A program made the position numbers and the translations under genes. A stretch of DNA of 64,000 bases from an uncultured Ignavibacteriaceae bacterium (lineage in GTDB: Bacteria; Bacteroidota; Ignavibacteria; UBA10030). Shown one piece after another: positions 42,201 through 50,950 of the stretch; positions within the stretch are counted from its first letter, which is position 1; every line of letters starts with the position of its first letter. Location: positions 65,163-129,162 of the forward strand of contig CAYIHQ010000001.1 of assembly GCA_964362905.1 (NCBI GenBank), read 5' to 3'. Under the pieces are notes generated by a model. The model worked only from the letters and a program-made list of their open reading frames with translations. It was not told the origin of the DNA and made no database searches.

Positions 42201-43000
42201 TTGGAGTTCTGAAAATGCACACTGCTGTAGGCCCCACCGTTTACACCCCCGTCGTAGCCAGCGCGCAGCAGCGCCTTAGCCTTGGCTTCCTCTGTCACCT
42301 TGCAGGCAATGAACTCCATGATATCCGGATGCGTCACATCCAGAATCTGCATCTTGGCCGCGCGCCGAGCAACTGACCCACTCTTTATCACCTCGGCCAC
42401 GGCATCATAGATGCGCATGAAAGAGATAGGCCCAGAGGAGTTCGTGTTGGTGCCCGCGATGCGCTCCTTGCTACTTCGCAGCCTCGATAGGTTACTCCCT
42501 GCACCGGCCCCCGCCTTGAAGATCCTTGCCTCTCGCTGCGCCAAGTCCATGATGGACTCAATAGAATCCTGCACAGAGTTGATGAAGCACGCGCTGCAAA
42601 CGGGATTGTCCTTGCGCCCCACGTTGAACCAGACAGGACTATTGAAAGTCCCATACTGATGCAGTATCAGCCAGGCTAGATCGGCCTCGAAGTCCGCAGC
42701 AGCCTCCGCAGTGAAGTACCCTTGAGCAAGCCCACTACAAGTGATTGCGTTGACTACCCGCGAAACAAGCTGACGTACAGAGAACTCCCTCTCTGGGCTC
42801 CCCGTATCACCCGCGAAGTACTTGTGGGCGACGATGGTACATGCTTGCTGTGTCCAGAACGTGGGTGCCTCGACACCCAGTTGCTCGAACACGCGGCCTT
42901 CCGAGGAGTCGATCACGACATCACGAGAAGACCATTTCACGGAGTCATAGGCCGAGCCCTGCTCACAGAACTTTCGCGTGTACGGGACTGTGGACATCAC
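39248..43000 (-). CDS. nrdJ: Class II (adenosylcobalamin-dependent) ribonucleotide reductase NrdJ, with an intein
   Basis: 1250-aa ORF. The N-terminus VKWSSRDVVI..LGVEAPTFWTQQACTIVAHKYF is typical of NrdJ. The active-site NPC(S)E is restored on intein removal (GTNP|CSEF). C-terminal Cys cluster CSACG..CFVCPGCG. The start is GTG 43000 or ATG 42997. Confidence 0.9.
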   Translation of the reverse strand: MMSTVPYTRKFCEQGSAYDSVKWSSRDVVIDSSEGRVFEQLGVEAPTFWTQQACTIVAHKYFAGDTGSPEREFSVRQLVSRVVNAITCSGLAQGYFTAEAAADFEADLAWLILHQYGTFNSPVWFNVGRKDNPVCSACFINSVQDSIESIMDLAQREARIFKAGAGAGSNLSRLRSSKERIAGTNTNSSGPISFMRIYDAVAEVIKSGSVARRAAKMQILDVTHPDIMEFIACKVTEEAKAKALLRAGYDGGVNGGAYSSVHFQNSNISVRVTDEFMRAAKNDESYEVLDRHGKPLASLSAREVLRAMAQSAWVCGDPGIQYDGEIQRMNPSKATDRIWGTNPCVVGSTLVATDEGWRRIDDLVGKTVHVVGLDGQPHLVTEVFPTGRKKVFNLRTRAGYEVQITEDHLVWSLERGDTPVRDLKIGEKLKLVGPGFGRRALGENLALAIGVAVGDGCLTRSIIDGRAREQVVLVTSAQHADILIRISEMAREEKQLRRAVGSVGSARASQVVTSGGISRLPLGAQCVVDLFKEFAVLDEGSQGKKFKPTVFDLDKPTLATVLRGLFTTDGTVGDSRGNGTFYVSLDSTSLDLLKQVQLLLLGFGIKSKLYTERRGGSTEALLPDGRGGKKLYPVREMHSLRISRSSRFIFQREIGFDPASPKAAALQEVNSQFGAYKDELSDEIVEITPLGEEDVFDLREMATHHFVANGLVVHNCSEFVFLDETSCNLASLNLMAFWNGETFQVDRFEAAVRTFILAMDIIVGMSGYPTEKIREMSHRFRPLGLGYANLGSLLLVQGIPYGSPQAMDLCSGVTALMSAAAFSQSQHLASIMGAYEGLNGNEEHQRSVIEAHRRWLPGIPGNGVARERASSLWSDVLKGLETQGLRNAQLTLLAPTGTIAFMMDCATTGIEPELGLVKYKKLSGGGVMKMVNPHVHLALTSLGYASAQIKAILLHIETTGGIEGSALKDEHLPVFDCSMAASPGGRTLPYRAHLSMMTAAQPYLSGAISKTINLPSTASVEDIERVYIEGWKMGLKCVAVYRDGCKSVEPYSASNASEKAKAEVEEVATAPARRPLPQECSAIRHRFVIHDGVNGGDHKGYLHVGCYQDGSPGEVFIRMAKEGSTVGGLMDGLAIAVSLALQYGVPVAAITEKFRHSRFPPFGFTDTKQQPELRMCSSVLDYLARFLDVKFCDRTQEIHVLAPERIPVVAALRVEGSSSPLCSACGSVTQRDGKCFVCPGCGASVGACSG
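40856..41971 (-). mobile_element. Intein (372 aa) with a LAGLIDADG homing-endonuclease domain, inserted at the catalytic Cys of NrdJ
   Basis: Begins CVVGSTLVATDEGW (Cys1) and ends FVANGLVVHN, followed by the +1 Cys (CSEF). LAGLIDADG-type blocks LALAIGVAVGDGCL and LRGLFTTDGTV. Coordinates derive from residues 344-715 of the ORF. Confidence 0.85.
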
Positions 43001-43335
43001 GCTCCTACGGATTCCAGAAGATCGGGAAGGTTCGGTGGTGGCGCCGAGAGCAGCCGGTCAGAGACCCGTTGCTCCAGCCCATCACTCACATGGCAACGGA
43101 TCTTATAGCGACCCGGGAGGCCGCAGCCTAGCCCCAAGTTGCCAAGGCGCTCCGCACGACGCTGGGGTGTGAGATAGCCGATCCGGAAAGTGGCTAGCCC
43201 AGGTAGCCGCACGTCCTCACCCGAGACCAGCAGCTCCCCCACTGTCTCCGCCAGCGTGCTGAGTAGGGTCTGTGCCTCATCCCGAGGGATTCCCCAGCGC
43301 TGCCCCATCGCGGTCACGAACTCTCGGTACCGCAT
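42997..43335 (-). CDS. HU/IHF-like DNA-binding protein
   Basis: Met-32 (MRYREFVTAM) of the track ORF. EAQTLLSTLAETVGELLVSGEDVRLPGLATFRIG..GRYKIRCHVSDGL follows the HU fold pattern. Confidence 0.65.
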   Translation of the reverse strand: MRYREFVTAMGQRWGIPRDEAQTLLSTLAETVGELLVSGEDVRLPGLATFRIGYLTPQRRAERLGNLGLGCGLPGRYKIRCHVSDGLEQRVSDRLLSAPPPNLPDLLESVGA

Positions 43336-45236
43336 GCTGGCTCCAAGAAGGCCACAAAACCACACTTGGGGCACAGAAGGTAGGGCTCCTCTTCCGACTG
43401 ATGCTCCACCATCGTCTGCTCCCTGCAAGCAGTACAGAGCACTCGACCATCTTCCGTGACGTTCCCCAGTAGACGCGCAAGATCCGTCTCTTCGCGCTCC
43501 AAGTCAAAGCACTCTGCCTCCGCCAACGATTTCTCTTCCTCCGTTTTCTCCCCAACTTTTGGCGGCGGCAGGGGATCGAATACATGCACAGTATCATCTG
43601 AGAGCCGCGCACGAACAGCACTCCGCTCGGAAAACGCTTGCAGCGTGCGATTGGATACAGTCCTAGAAGCATCCGCAGAGCCCTGCCCCAAGAATAGATC
43701 CAGCTCCTCGTCAGTAAGTCCGAGAAAGCGACGCAGCACCCAACCACGCCATGCCGGAGCATTGGCAACTATTCCGCTGTTGGGGACCACCCCACCCGTC
43801 TTTGGATCCGTTTGCTGCCCCATCTGCGGAAGCTCAAGCAGCTTGGCCGCAACATCGTATTTCTGCGCGTAGATGTCAGCCCGTGCCAGGTCATCCAGGT
43901 AGTTGATTGGGGCCATCCGGACCCTGAACCTGACCTTATCTACATCGTAGCCGCGGAGAGCCAGGTGAATCCGACAGAGCTGTGTCAACCCGTGCTTGAA
44001 AGCTCTTTGCACTCGATAGATAGAGCGTGCGAAACGGATGTCCTGGCTGACGAGTGTACTTTTCGCATTCACGTCTTTTTCATAGCCCATGAATGCCTTT
44101 GGAATCTTCAAGGCTGCAAACAGCTTGTTCCGGAAATGATCCACATCATAGATGTCACCCTGGGGGCCAGATCCTTGTAGGCGTTCTACGCGAGTCTTGC
44201 TGTCACGAGGAATCGGAATGTACATATCCTCATCAGCGGTTCTCGGATCATACTGCTGCCGCATCTGCCCATTGACAGTATTGACGTAGAACTTCTTGCG
44301 CAGCTCGCGGCGGAAGCGATGCACAGTCTGCCACTGCTGATCCGGCGTCTGATTCCCCGTATCAATGTAGTAGACATCCTTGTCCGTCGCACGGTTCATC
44401 CTGTAGAGCACGAGGGTGTCTTCCAGGATCTTGAGCTGTCTCCAGCTACGACGCGCGGCCAGGAGCACGGTTTCTCCGTGGCGTAGCTCTCTTCGAGAGG
44501 ATTGGAGACGAAAGTGCAGAAAGTCCCAAGGTCTCGATAGCTTCAGCTTCTTCTGCTGCTCCGGATCACGGATCTCGTAGTCATTCAGCAAGCCCGGAGA
44601 GAAGCCCATGAGGCGCCCAACACGGTCCTCGATCCGGGTCAAGCGCTGGGGCTGTATGAAATCGAGGTTGATGATCCCACGAGTTCCAGACGCAATGATT
44701 TGCTCGAAGTCATCGCCATACTTGCACATGGAGCGAACGATGCCAAAAGCACGATCTTCAAGCTGGATCGCATCGAAGAGCGCCATCAGCTCGCGCTTGG
44801 CCTCCTCTGCTTCGCACTCCACCCATGCTACCCGTCCAGTGTCTGCATCCGTTTGCGTCGCCTCCTCCGCATAGATATCTAGCGCGCTGGAGCAGATATC
44901 ATAGGAGTCCATCTCCTCCACAAGCCCGTAGACAGAACGGCGATTCAGCTCAAACTGCGTTTGCGCGTTGTACCACGAGTAGTTGCGCCCCATATCCGGC
45001 TCATCGAAGCGGAAGGGTGGCGCCAAATCCACAGTCTGGTCCAAACCAAAGATGTGGCGAAGCCCACGGAGGCGTGGTAGATAGTTGTCTACAAAAAGCT
45101 GCAAGCCACTGTAGTCAGCCTCCGGGATGATGAGTGGGAGACCGAGCTGCCCCCGAGTCCAGGCCGGAAGCTGCGCAACCTCCTCCATGGACAAGCCTCT
45201 GGATTCTACGAGCTTACGAAGAGCTTTGCCGTTCAC
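43314..45236 (-). CDS. Portal protein (640 aa) with a C-terminal zinc-ribbon extension
   Basis: Lies immediately downstream of terL with an ATGA overlap, and the size is appropriate. SSALDIYAEEATQTD is a motif I associate with podovirus-type portal/connector proteins. C-terminal CTACRE..CPKCG. Confidence 0.7.
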   Translation of the reverse strand: MNGKALRKLVESRGLSMEEVAQLPAWTRGQLGLPLIIPEADYSGLQLFVDNYLPRLRGLRHIFGLDQTVDLAPPFRFDEPDMGRNYSWYNAQTQFELNRRSVYGLVEEMDSYDICSSALDIYAEEATQTDADTGRVAWVECEAEEAKRELMALFDAIQLEDRAFGIVRSMCKYGDDFEQIIASGTRGIINLDFIQPQRLTRIEDRVGRLMGFSPGLLNDYEIRDPEQQKKLKLSRPWDFLHFRLQSSRRELRHGETVLLAARRSWRQLKILEDTLVLYRMNRATDKDVYYIDTGNQTPDQQWQTVHRFRRELRKKFYVNTVNGQMRQQYDPRTADEDMYIPIPRDSKTRVERLQGSGPQGDIYDVDHFRNKLFAALKIPKAFMGYEKDVNAKSTLVSQDIRFARSIYRVQRAFKHGLTQLCRIHLALRGYDVDKVRFRVRMAPINYLDDLARADIYAQKYDVAAKLLELPQMGQQTDPKTGGVVPNSGIVANAPAWRGWVLRRFLGLTDEELDLFLGQGSADASRTVSNRTLQAFSERSAVRARLSDDTVHVFDPLPPPKVGEKTEEEKSLAEAECFDLEREETDLARLLGNVTEDGRVLCTACREQTMVEHQSEEEPYLLCPKCGFVAFLEPACGTESS

Positions 45237-47242
45237 GGAATAATCCCACTCACTCGACTGAAGTCAATGTCATCTCCCATTACCCACTCGTCATCGTCCA
45301 TAAACCGAGGACGTTGCCGCGCAGGAGGTGGGGCACCAACGAGGGGGAGCGCGCTATCCTGCGTTGCAGGATCCAGTACCATACAGTGACGAACAACGCC
45401 CCCAACGGCGTCCGCTACATCCTTACTACCCCGAACTTTCCTACCCCCACTGTCCAGCATGTACACCGGATGGTCCACCCTCCATAGGTGTGTCGCCTTG
45501 GGCACAGAGCGTTTCAAATTGACAGCCTCGGTCAGAAAGCGCTCGTAAGCATAGTAGCTAATTCGGTGCTCCAAAATTGCCTGACGTAGGTAGGAGTATG
45601 GATGCCCCTCCGTTGGCTTGGGTGGGCGATCCATTGACAAAATCCCTGCCTCGAAACCATGATGAAGGAGCTGCTGTACACTATCCTCAGACTGCCAGCC
45701 ATCAAAAGACACGTACTTTATCGGAAAACCATAGGCCCGAAGAGCGTAGATGAAATCTCGAATCTTTTGGAAGTCGATTCTGGTACCGATCTCTGGTACG
45801 ATTCGGAGCATGAAGTCGATGTAGAGAAGAGGCGCCCGGGTAGTGTAGCTAGCACCGTCCACGCGAGATGCCTTCTGTAATTCCTTGGAGCCCGCAACGT
45901 GACCCATGGCAATCCCAGCGCTGTCCCCCGTGACCCCCAGATCCACATGCAGATAGCGGCTAGAGCTAGCAGCCACACGGGGTGCGAAGTTGCTGTGAAT
46001 CACACGCAGAAGCTGATCGTGAAGAAATAGATCCTCTATCGCGGTCTCTGAAGATATCGTTATGGAGAACTCTTGCTTCGAGAACGGGTGGCTCCGTGTG
46101 GCATCACAGCAGGCATAGATATCAGAGCGAGAGGGGATAAAGGCTTGCTCGGCCTCCGTGGCCACCCCGGCAATATCCCGCAGAGCCGCGTCAACATCGT
46201 CTACAAACGCCTGACGGTGCTCTACGGGAACCCAGATGACCTTGCCGGGAGAAGCCTTAGCCTCCGTTTCCGTCAGAAGGCGACTATCGGATTCCCTTCC
46301 TCCCACAGACACAGGAAACTTGGCACCCGAATAGCGCCCAGGCTTCACCTCCCACAATGGCTTGTCCGCGATGAAGACCCGCGGATCGCCCACACGCTCA
46401 GCAATGCGAGTCTCGATAAACCCACCCTGAGAGGACTTGCTGGAGATCAGCACCATCAAGCCCGGGATCTCGCCCAATCGCATGTAACGGGATTCCATAC
46501 GTCGAGCAGTAGAGGTATAAAGCCGATATGCCTGTCCCTTATCCTCCTCAGTCGCGCCGGCGCGCATGAAGTCCATCTCATCCACCAAACAGGCGTAGAT
46601 GTTCTCGCCTATGCTATGCAGCTCATCAGAGCCGTGAATCACACGAACTCCGTCTGGGAACTCGATGTCAGCAGTACGCCTTGGATTCCTCGGCCATCTG
46701 TCACGGAAATATGGAGACAGCTCCAAGAAGCCCGCGGCGTAGGCAAAGCTGGTCGTACGGACCTTGTACTTGAAGACGTTGTAGAGCCCGAAGACAATAG
46801 GCGAGCCCGGAGCCATCTCAAAGAACTTCTGCGGATCACGCAAACAGCTCAGGGTGTATATTTTGTAGAGAAGGGCTACGACTGCAACCGTGGTCTTTCC
46901 ACTCCCGATTGAGCCACTGAGAATAAACTCCCATACGCGGCGACCCGGAGAGAACACCTCCTCTAGCACCTCACGCCAAGCAGGATAGAGCGAGGGGCCG
47001 ACAGCACCGAGGTAGTAAGGATCCTCCAGGAACTCCTTGATGGTCACAGGACGACACTTGTAGTCCAGCTCCCACAGAAGATTGAGCGAGTGCGATTCCC
47101 CAGAGCTTCGCAGCTCAGTCAGCACCTCGATGACAAAGGTTTTCTCGTGCGTTTGCAGCGAATCAAACAGAGCACGATCACCATGCTCTGATCCATCCAG
47201 AATCCTCTGGACCAGAGTCAGCTCATCGGCCGTTGGTGGCAT
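45233..47242 (-). CDS. terL: Terminase large subunit
   Basis: Walker A LSGSIGSGKTTV, Walker B ACLVDEMDF, and a RNaseH-like nuclease half containing RYLHVDLGVTGDSAGIAMGHV. Confidence 0.9.
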   Translation of the reverse strand: MPPTADELTLVQRILDGSEHGDRALFDSLQTHEKTFVIEVLTELRSSGESHSLNLLWELDYKCRPVTIKEFLEDPYYLGAVGPSLYPAWREVLEEVFSPGRRVWEFILSGSIGSGKTTVAVVALLYKIYTLSCLRDPQKFFEMAPGSPIVFGLYNVFKYKVRTTSFAYAAGFLELSPYFRDRWPRNPRRTADIEFPDGVRVIHGSDELHSIGENIYACLVDEMDFMRAGATEEDKGQAYRLYTSTARRMESRYMRLGEIPGLMVLISSKSSQGGFIETRIAERVGDPRVFIADKPLWEVKPGRYSGAKFPVSVGGRESDSRLLTETEAKASPGKVIWVPVEHRQAFVDDVDAALRDIAGVATEAEQAFIPSRSDIYACCDATRSHPFSKQEFSITISSETAIEDLFLHDQLLRVIHSNFAPRVAASSSRYLHVDLGVTGDSAGIAMGHVAGSKELQKASRVDGASYTTRAPLLYIDFMLRIVPEIGTRIDFQKIRDFIYALRAYGFPIKYVSFDGWQSEDSVQQLLHHGFEAGILSMDRPPKPTEGHPYSYLRQAILEHRISYYAYERFLTEAVNLKRSVPKATHLWRVDHPVYMLDSGGRKVRGSKDVADAVGGVVRHCMVLDPATQDSALPLVGAPPPARQRPRFMDDDEWVMGDDIDFSRVSGIIP

Positions 47243-47735
47243 TCTTCACCGAAGCCGTCAGCCTCTCGAATAGCCCACGAATGGCCTCTCGACGATCGGG
47301 GGCAATGCTCTTCACACGCTCTTCCCCCACAACAACAGAGTCCTCTTCCAGTACGCTGACCACCCCTGCACGAGAAGTCTGCCTATCCAGAGTGGCCAGA
47401 ATAAACTCAGACTCTTCTTTGCTCGTGTGCAGCAGCAACGTGCCAACCTGTACCAGCGTCTTCAGCGATGCCTCCTCCAACATCGCTGGGTCCATAATGC
47501 GCGCCTCCACACGATCCATCATCTCCACCAGCGTTCGCAGGCGCTGGGCTTTCTTCAGCGCAAGAACTTGGGTGAACATCCCCAGCTTCACCGCATTGGT
47601 CTCCACCACAGCCGCAAGCGCTTCTCGCGTGTCCTCCGCTACGGGAGTACGATCAGCTACCCAGCTCGCAGCCCGTTGCAGCAGCTCGTCGATACCCAGG
47701 CGGCGCGGTGGGGGCAGGGGTGCTGGATCAGACAC
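47223..47735 (-). CDS. Hypothetical helical protein; positional candidate for the small terminase subunit
   Basis: 170-aa ORF directly upstream of terL, overlapping it by 20 nt. No motif recognised. Confidence 0.4.
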   Translation of the reverse strand: MSDPAPLPPPRRLGIDELLQRAASWVADRTPVAEDTREALAAVVETNAVKLGMFTQVLALKKAQRLRTLVEMMDRVEARIMDPAMLEEASLKTLVQVGTLLLHTSKEESEFILATLDRQTSRAGVVSVLEEDSVVVGEERVKSIAPDRREAIRGLFERLTASVKNATNGR

Positions 47736-48057
47736 GTCGATGCAACCCCTTCATCCGAAGCAGCACGCTACGAACTTGCTGTGTGGTGAGCCCATGCTTC
47801 TCCGCCAGAACCTCGTAGGAGCTTCCAGACTTCCCTTCGATGAAGATTGTGGCGTCGCGTACGGCCATGCGTATTACAGAAACATCAGGGATCTGAATAG
47901 CAGACCCTGAAAACATCTCTATCAGCTTGATGGTAGCTTCATAGCCAATAGCCCTGTAAATCTCAGGGAGTAGTGTGTTCTCACCTGCGGCCATGAAAGC
48001 GAGGTAAAACGCATCTGCCAGCTTGATCGACTTGTCTAGTGTATTAGACCGCCGCAA
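47728..48057 (-). CDS. Mor-like transcriptional activator (HTH)
   Basis: AIQIPDVSVIRMAVRDATIFIEGKSGSSYEVLAEKHGLTTQQVRSVLLRMK follows the Mor family pattern (IP....R...I...f.G.ny..LA.kyglt..qv..i). Confidence 0.5.
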   Translation of the reverse strand: MRRSNTLDKSIKLADAFYLAFMAAGENTLLPEIYRAIGYEATIKLIEMFSGSAIQIPDVSVIRMAVRDATIFIEGKSGSSYEVLAEKHGLTTQQVRSVLLRMKGLHRRV

Positions 48058-48796
48058 GAGGATCCTCCTGGCCTTGCCTGACCATCATCTCCGTCTTCCC
48101 CTCCAGCAGCACTCGAAGCTGATACCACGTCCAGGAGATCACCAAGTTCGGATCCACTCCCCACACATCTTGGATCATCCGGGGAAGCGGTTTCTGCCGG
48201 CTCAGGAGCAAGCGTAGAACATGAACCACAGGCTCAGCAAAACGCAGACCCAGCCTCTTCACGGAGAGACCACGCAGCCGTCGCTCTAGGGCCTTCGGTA
48301 GCTCGCTCAGGTAGATTTTGTCCTCCACCCACCGCATAGACCCCTCCCCATACTGTGGACTCCACACTACATCCTCACACGTCAGAATGTCCTCAACTTC
48401 TGGCGGCCGCGCAAGAGCATCCCACAGAGACTTGGCTGTCCAATAGGCTGTGCGAAGAACCTTGTGAAAATATCGGTCGAAGTGCTTCTGTGTTTCCATG
48501 TGCGCAGAAACCGTAGGCAGATACTGCCACAAGGATTCCACCATGTAGGAGACAAAGAAGTCTGCTCGCTCTGGATTTGGAGCGAGATCCACAGCGTAGT
48601 AGAAGTGGGCTGCTCGCGGACAGAGCGCGCGCCAGACTACCTCGCGTGCGGTCTCAGAGCGGCATGCAAGATAGACACCATGTGCAGCACGCGCACTTGG
48701 ACCAGCATAGGTGCATCTAGCCAGCTCCGCGGGCTCCAGAGAGAACTTCACCTTCTTCCGAACGATTTTCCCCGTGGGAGAGGGCATTTGCACCAT
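48044..48796 (-). CDS. Hypothetical protein (~250 aa)
   Basis: Track ORF 48044..49048. The N-terminal ~84 codons overlap ruvC and look non-coding, so the start is placed at Met-85. Uncertain. Confidence 0.5.
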   Translation of the reverse strand: MVQMPSPTGKIVRKKVKFSLEPAELARCTYAGPSARAAHGVYLACRSETAREVVWRALCPRAAHFYYAVDLAPNPERADFFVSYMVESLWQYLPTVSAHMETQKHFDRYFHKVLRTAYWTAKSLWDALARPPEVEDILTCEDVVWSPQYGEGSMRWVEDKIYLSELPKALERRLRGLSVKRLGLRFAEPVVHVLRLLLSRQKPLPRMIQDVWGVDPNLVISWTWYQLRVLLEGKTEMMVRQGQEDPLAAV

Positions 48797-49280
48797 TGAT
48801 ACCCAGCTCTTGCGCGCGAAGCGCCTGCGCGATGCACAGAGCATCCGCCACTCCAACGTGTGGTACCCGTCCGCGGGGTTGCACGAGAGAAAAGTGTGGC
48901 CAACGGCTAGAGCAATAAGCCAACGCAGCAGCTTTGTCTTTCTCTGTCCCGTGCAGCACCCTTTTCTTCCACATTTGCGGTGTAATGTGCTGCACGCTGC
49001 ATCCAAGAGCTTGGAAGGCCCCGGTAATGCAACCGTACAAGTAGCCAAAACGGAACGAGCTGGCTACCCCCTGTTTCGGCATGCTGTGAACACGCTCGAT
49101 GGCCACACGGAGCTTCGAGCGATCACCACCATGCAGATCCACCAGGAGGGTAACCCGAGCAATGTCCAGCTCCTTGCCAATCAGGGGCAGAGGCAGCGCC
49201 TGGAGCACCGCGCCAGCGTCGTTCAAGAACGCCAGACCTCCGGACTGCCCTGGATCCACCCCTACAAAAATCAGGTCCAT
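48717..49280 (-). CDS. ruvC: RuvC-like Holliday junction resolvase
   Basis: Met-55 (MDLIFVGVDPGQSGGLAF) of the track ORF. Catalytic pattern VDPG, AIERV, GVADALCIAQ. Confidence 0.75.
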   Translation of the reverse strand: MDLIFVGVDPGQSGGLAFLNDAGAVLQALPLPLIGKELDIARVTLLVDLHGGDRSKLRVAIERVHSMPKQGVASSFRFGYLYGCITGAFQALGCSVQHITPQMWKKRVLHGTEKDKAAALAYCSSRWPHFSLVQPRGRVPHVGVADALCIAQALRAQELGINGANALSHGENRSEEGEVLSGARGAG

Positions 49281-49281
49281 G

Positions 49282-49557
49282 TTACATCTCAAGCCCTTTA
49301 GGCCACGGGATCTCCTTGGAGCGAAGAACAGACCCACTGGGAATGCGCATGGCCCCCGCACACGTTCCCGTACGGCTTGAGACATCTCGGCAGATGATCC
49401 AAAACGGATCGTCTTTCGTTGGCTTTCGTAGGAGAATAGCAACCGTACGAATCACCGCAGGGGGCTCCTCCAAAGCAAGAGCCATGGGAGACCACCCAGA
49501 GGTTGCAGCAGTCGAGTCCAGCCAATCGATTACGACAAAGTAGTTAGTTGGTGGCAT
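49282..49557 (-). CDS. Hypothetical protein (91 aa)
   Basis: Co-directional ORF. Confidence 0.45.
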   Translation of the reverse strand: MPPTNYFVVIDWLDSTAATSGWSPMALALEEPPAVIRTVAILLRKPTKDDPFWIICRDVSSRTGTCAGAMRIPSGSVLRSKEIPWPKGLEM

Positions 49558-50149
49558 TCAGTTGATAGATGAGGCTAGAGCTACTGTCTTCCAAGATCGT
49601 ATTGTATTGCCCCCAGTAACCTGGACGCCCCTCGACACCACCATAGAGCGTGCGCTTGACGCGCCAAGTGGCCTGCACTGTGTCGGTGCTCGTCACCAAA
49701 CGTACATCGAGGTATACAAGTTCCTCCTCCGCAATCCAGGGAAGTCCGTTCTCGGTGACGTAGCGTTGCCAGTCCCAGAGCATATCGGCAGCACGTAGAT
49801 CCACTTGCTGCGCCTGGTTCGTGTAGTAGTGTACCTGGAAGAAGTTCATCGTGCCCGTGTCCCCGTAGACTTCGGACATGATCTCCTGCACCGTCAAATG
49901 CACGGTCCCGACATCGGAGATGGCCCTCCCGGTGATCGTGATATCCGGGGGCGGGGGCATGTAGTTGGGGCCGAGCTGGTACTGGATTCCAGCCTGCACC
50001 AGATCCCATCGCCCCGTGTTCGTCATGTCGGTGATACTCCGACGACCTCCACCAGTCGTCGAACTCGACGAGCCACCCCCACCGCCTCCGCAAGCTAGGG
50101 GAAGTGGAAGTGCAAGGAAAAGACAGAGGCAGAGAAGAGAGCGTATCAC
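49544..50149 (-). CDS. Lipoprotein (201 aa)
   Basis: MIRSLLCLCLFLALPLPLACGGGGGGSSSS gives a signal peptide with a lipobox-like LAC followed by a Gly/Ser linker. GTG start. Confidence 0.6.
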   Translation of the reverse strand: MIRSLLCLCLFLALPLPLACGGGGGGSSSSTTGGGRRSITDMTNTGRWDLVQAGIQYQLGPNYMPPPPDITITGRAISDVGTVHLTVQEIMSEVYGDTGTMNFFQVHYYTNQAQQVDLRAADMLWDWQRYVTENGLPWIAEEELVYLDVRLVTSTDTVQATWRVKRTLYGGVEGRPGYWGQYNTILEDSSSSLIYQLNATN

Positions 50150-50274
50150 GTTATCTCCTGACCTTCCAAGTTACGCGCCCGAACAACGAGCAAGACGGAT
50201 TCTCTCTTGCGGATCACATCCATCACCACGATATCGCTCGCCCCGATGGTGGTCTTGCGATCGTTCATGGTCAT
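50146..50274 (-). CDS. Possible 42-aa protein, below the ORF-track threshold
   Basis: My translation is MTMNDRKTTIGASDIVVMDVIRKRESVLLVVRARNLEGQEIT. ATGA overlap with the upstream stop and GTGA overlap with the start of the lipoprotein gene. Confidence 0.35.
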   Translation of the reverse strand: MTMNDRKTTIGASDIVVMDVIRKRESVLLVVRARNLEGQEIT

Positions 50275-50744
50275 TGGTCACCGCGCCGTTGGTTGCGCCT
50301 GATTTCGGCTGCTAGCTTGGCAAGCTCCGGGTCCTCCCTGATCGCTATGCCCGCCCACTGCTCGGCCTCTTCCTTGGTCCCGTCGAACTCGCCCGCGATG
50401 ACTCGCTTGACGAATGCTTCGACAGCTGGGTCGCAAGGAACCGCGCGGGCCGCTCTCAGTTCCTCGACAAGCCGGATCTGCGGCGTCGCGTGCGGTGACC
50501 GGTAGTCGTCAAACTCGTCGGCACGCGCACGCGCGGCCAGATCGTTGAAGCCGGCCGACTCCAGGGCGCGAGCCAGCTTGTAGCGGGTCGGAAGCTTGGT
50601 CAGCGTGCACTCGGACACCTTGAGGCCAAGCGCGCCGATGCCGCGCAGCTCCTGCGCGTATCGGTCGGCCTCGTCCTTGTTGTCGTAGATGCCTTCGAGG
50701 CCCTGGTCAGACTGGACTTGCCAGCCGATCTTGCGGTCGTTCAT
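50271..50744 (-). CDS. Hypothetical protein (157 aa), G+C-rich block
   Basis: Met-38 (MNDRKIGWQVQ) of track ORF 50271..50855. Confidence 0.55.
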   Translation of the reverse strand: MNDRKIGWQVQSDQGLEGIYDNKDEADRYAQELRGIGALGLKVSECTLTKLPTRYKLARALESAGFNDLAARARADEFDDYRSPHATPQIRLVEELRAARAVPCDPAVEAFVKRVIAGEFDGTKEEAEQWAGIAIREDPELAKLAAEIRRNQRRGDQ

Positions 50745-50950
50745 GGGTCTCCTGTGAAGAAGCTCCCTCACGTCACCGAGACTTGCAGCAGGCGAAAGGT
50801 TCAGGATGACCACTTGAAAAAGCCTCCGGCTCGGATCAGATGAGCCGGAGGCCAAGGCAGGTGACCCGCAGGTCGCCAGGAAAGGAGTCTACCACACCAC
50901 CACCTCGGGGCGGTGCCTTTTCGCCTCCTGCCGTCGCGGTGTCCCCCGCC

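Noticed and set aside
39248-43000. The 1250-aa ORF as a fusion of RNR with an unrelated domain, or as two genes
   Set aside because: The extra 372 aa have canonical intein boundaries (Cys1 ... HN / Cys+1), and excision restores the NPCxE active site.
46073-46912. 279-aa plus-strand ORF
   Set aside because: It lies entirely antisense within the terminase large subunit gene, which has clear Walker motifs.
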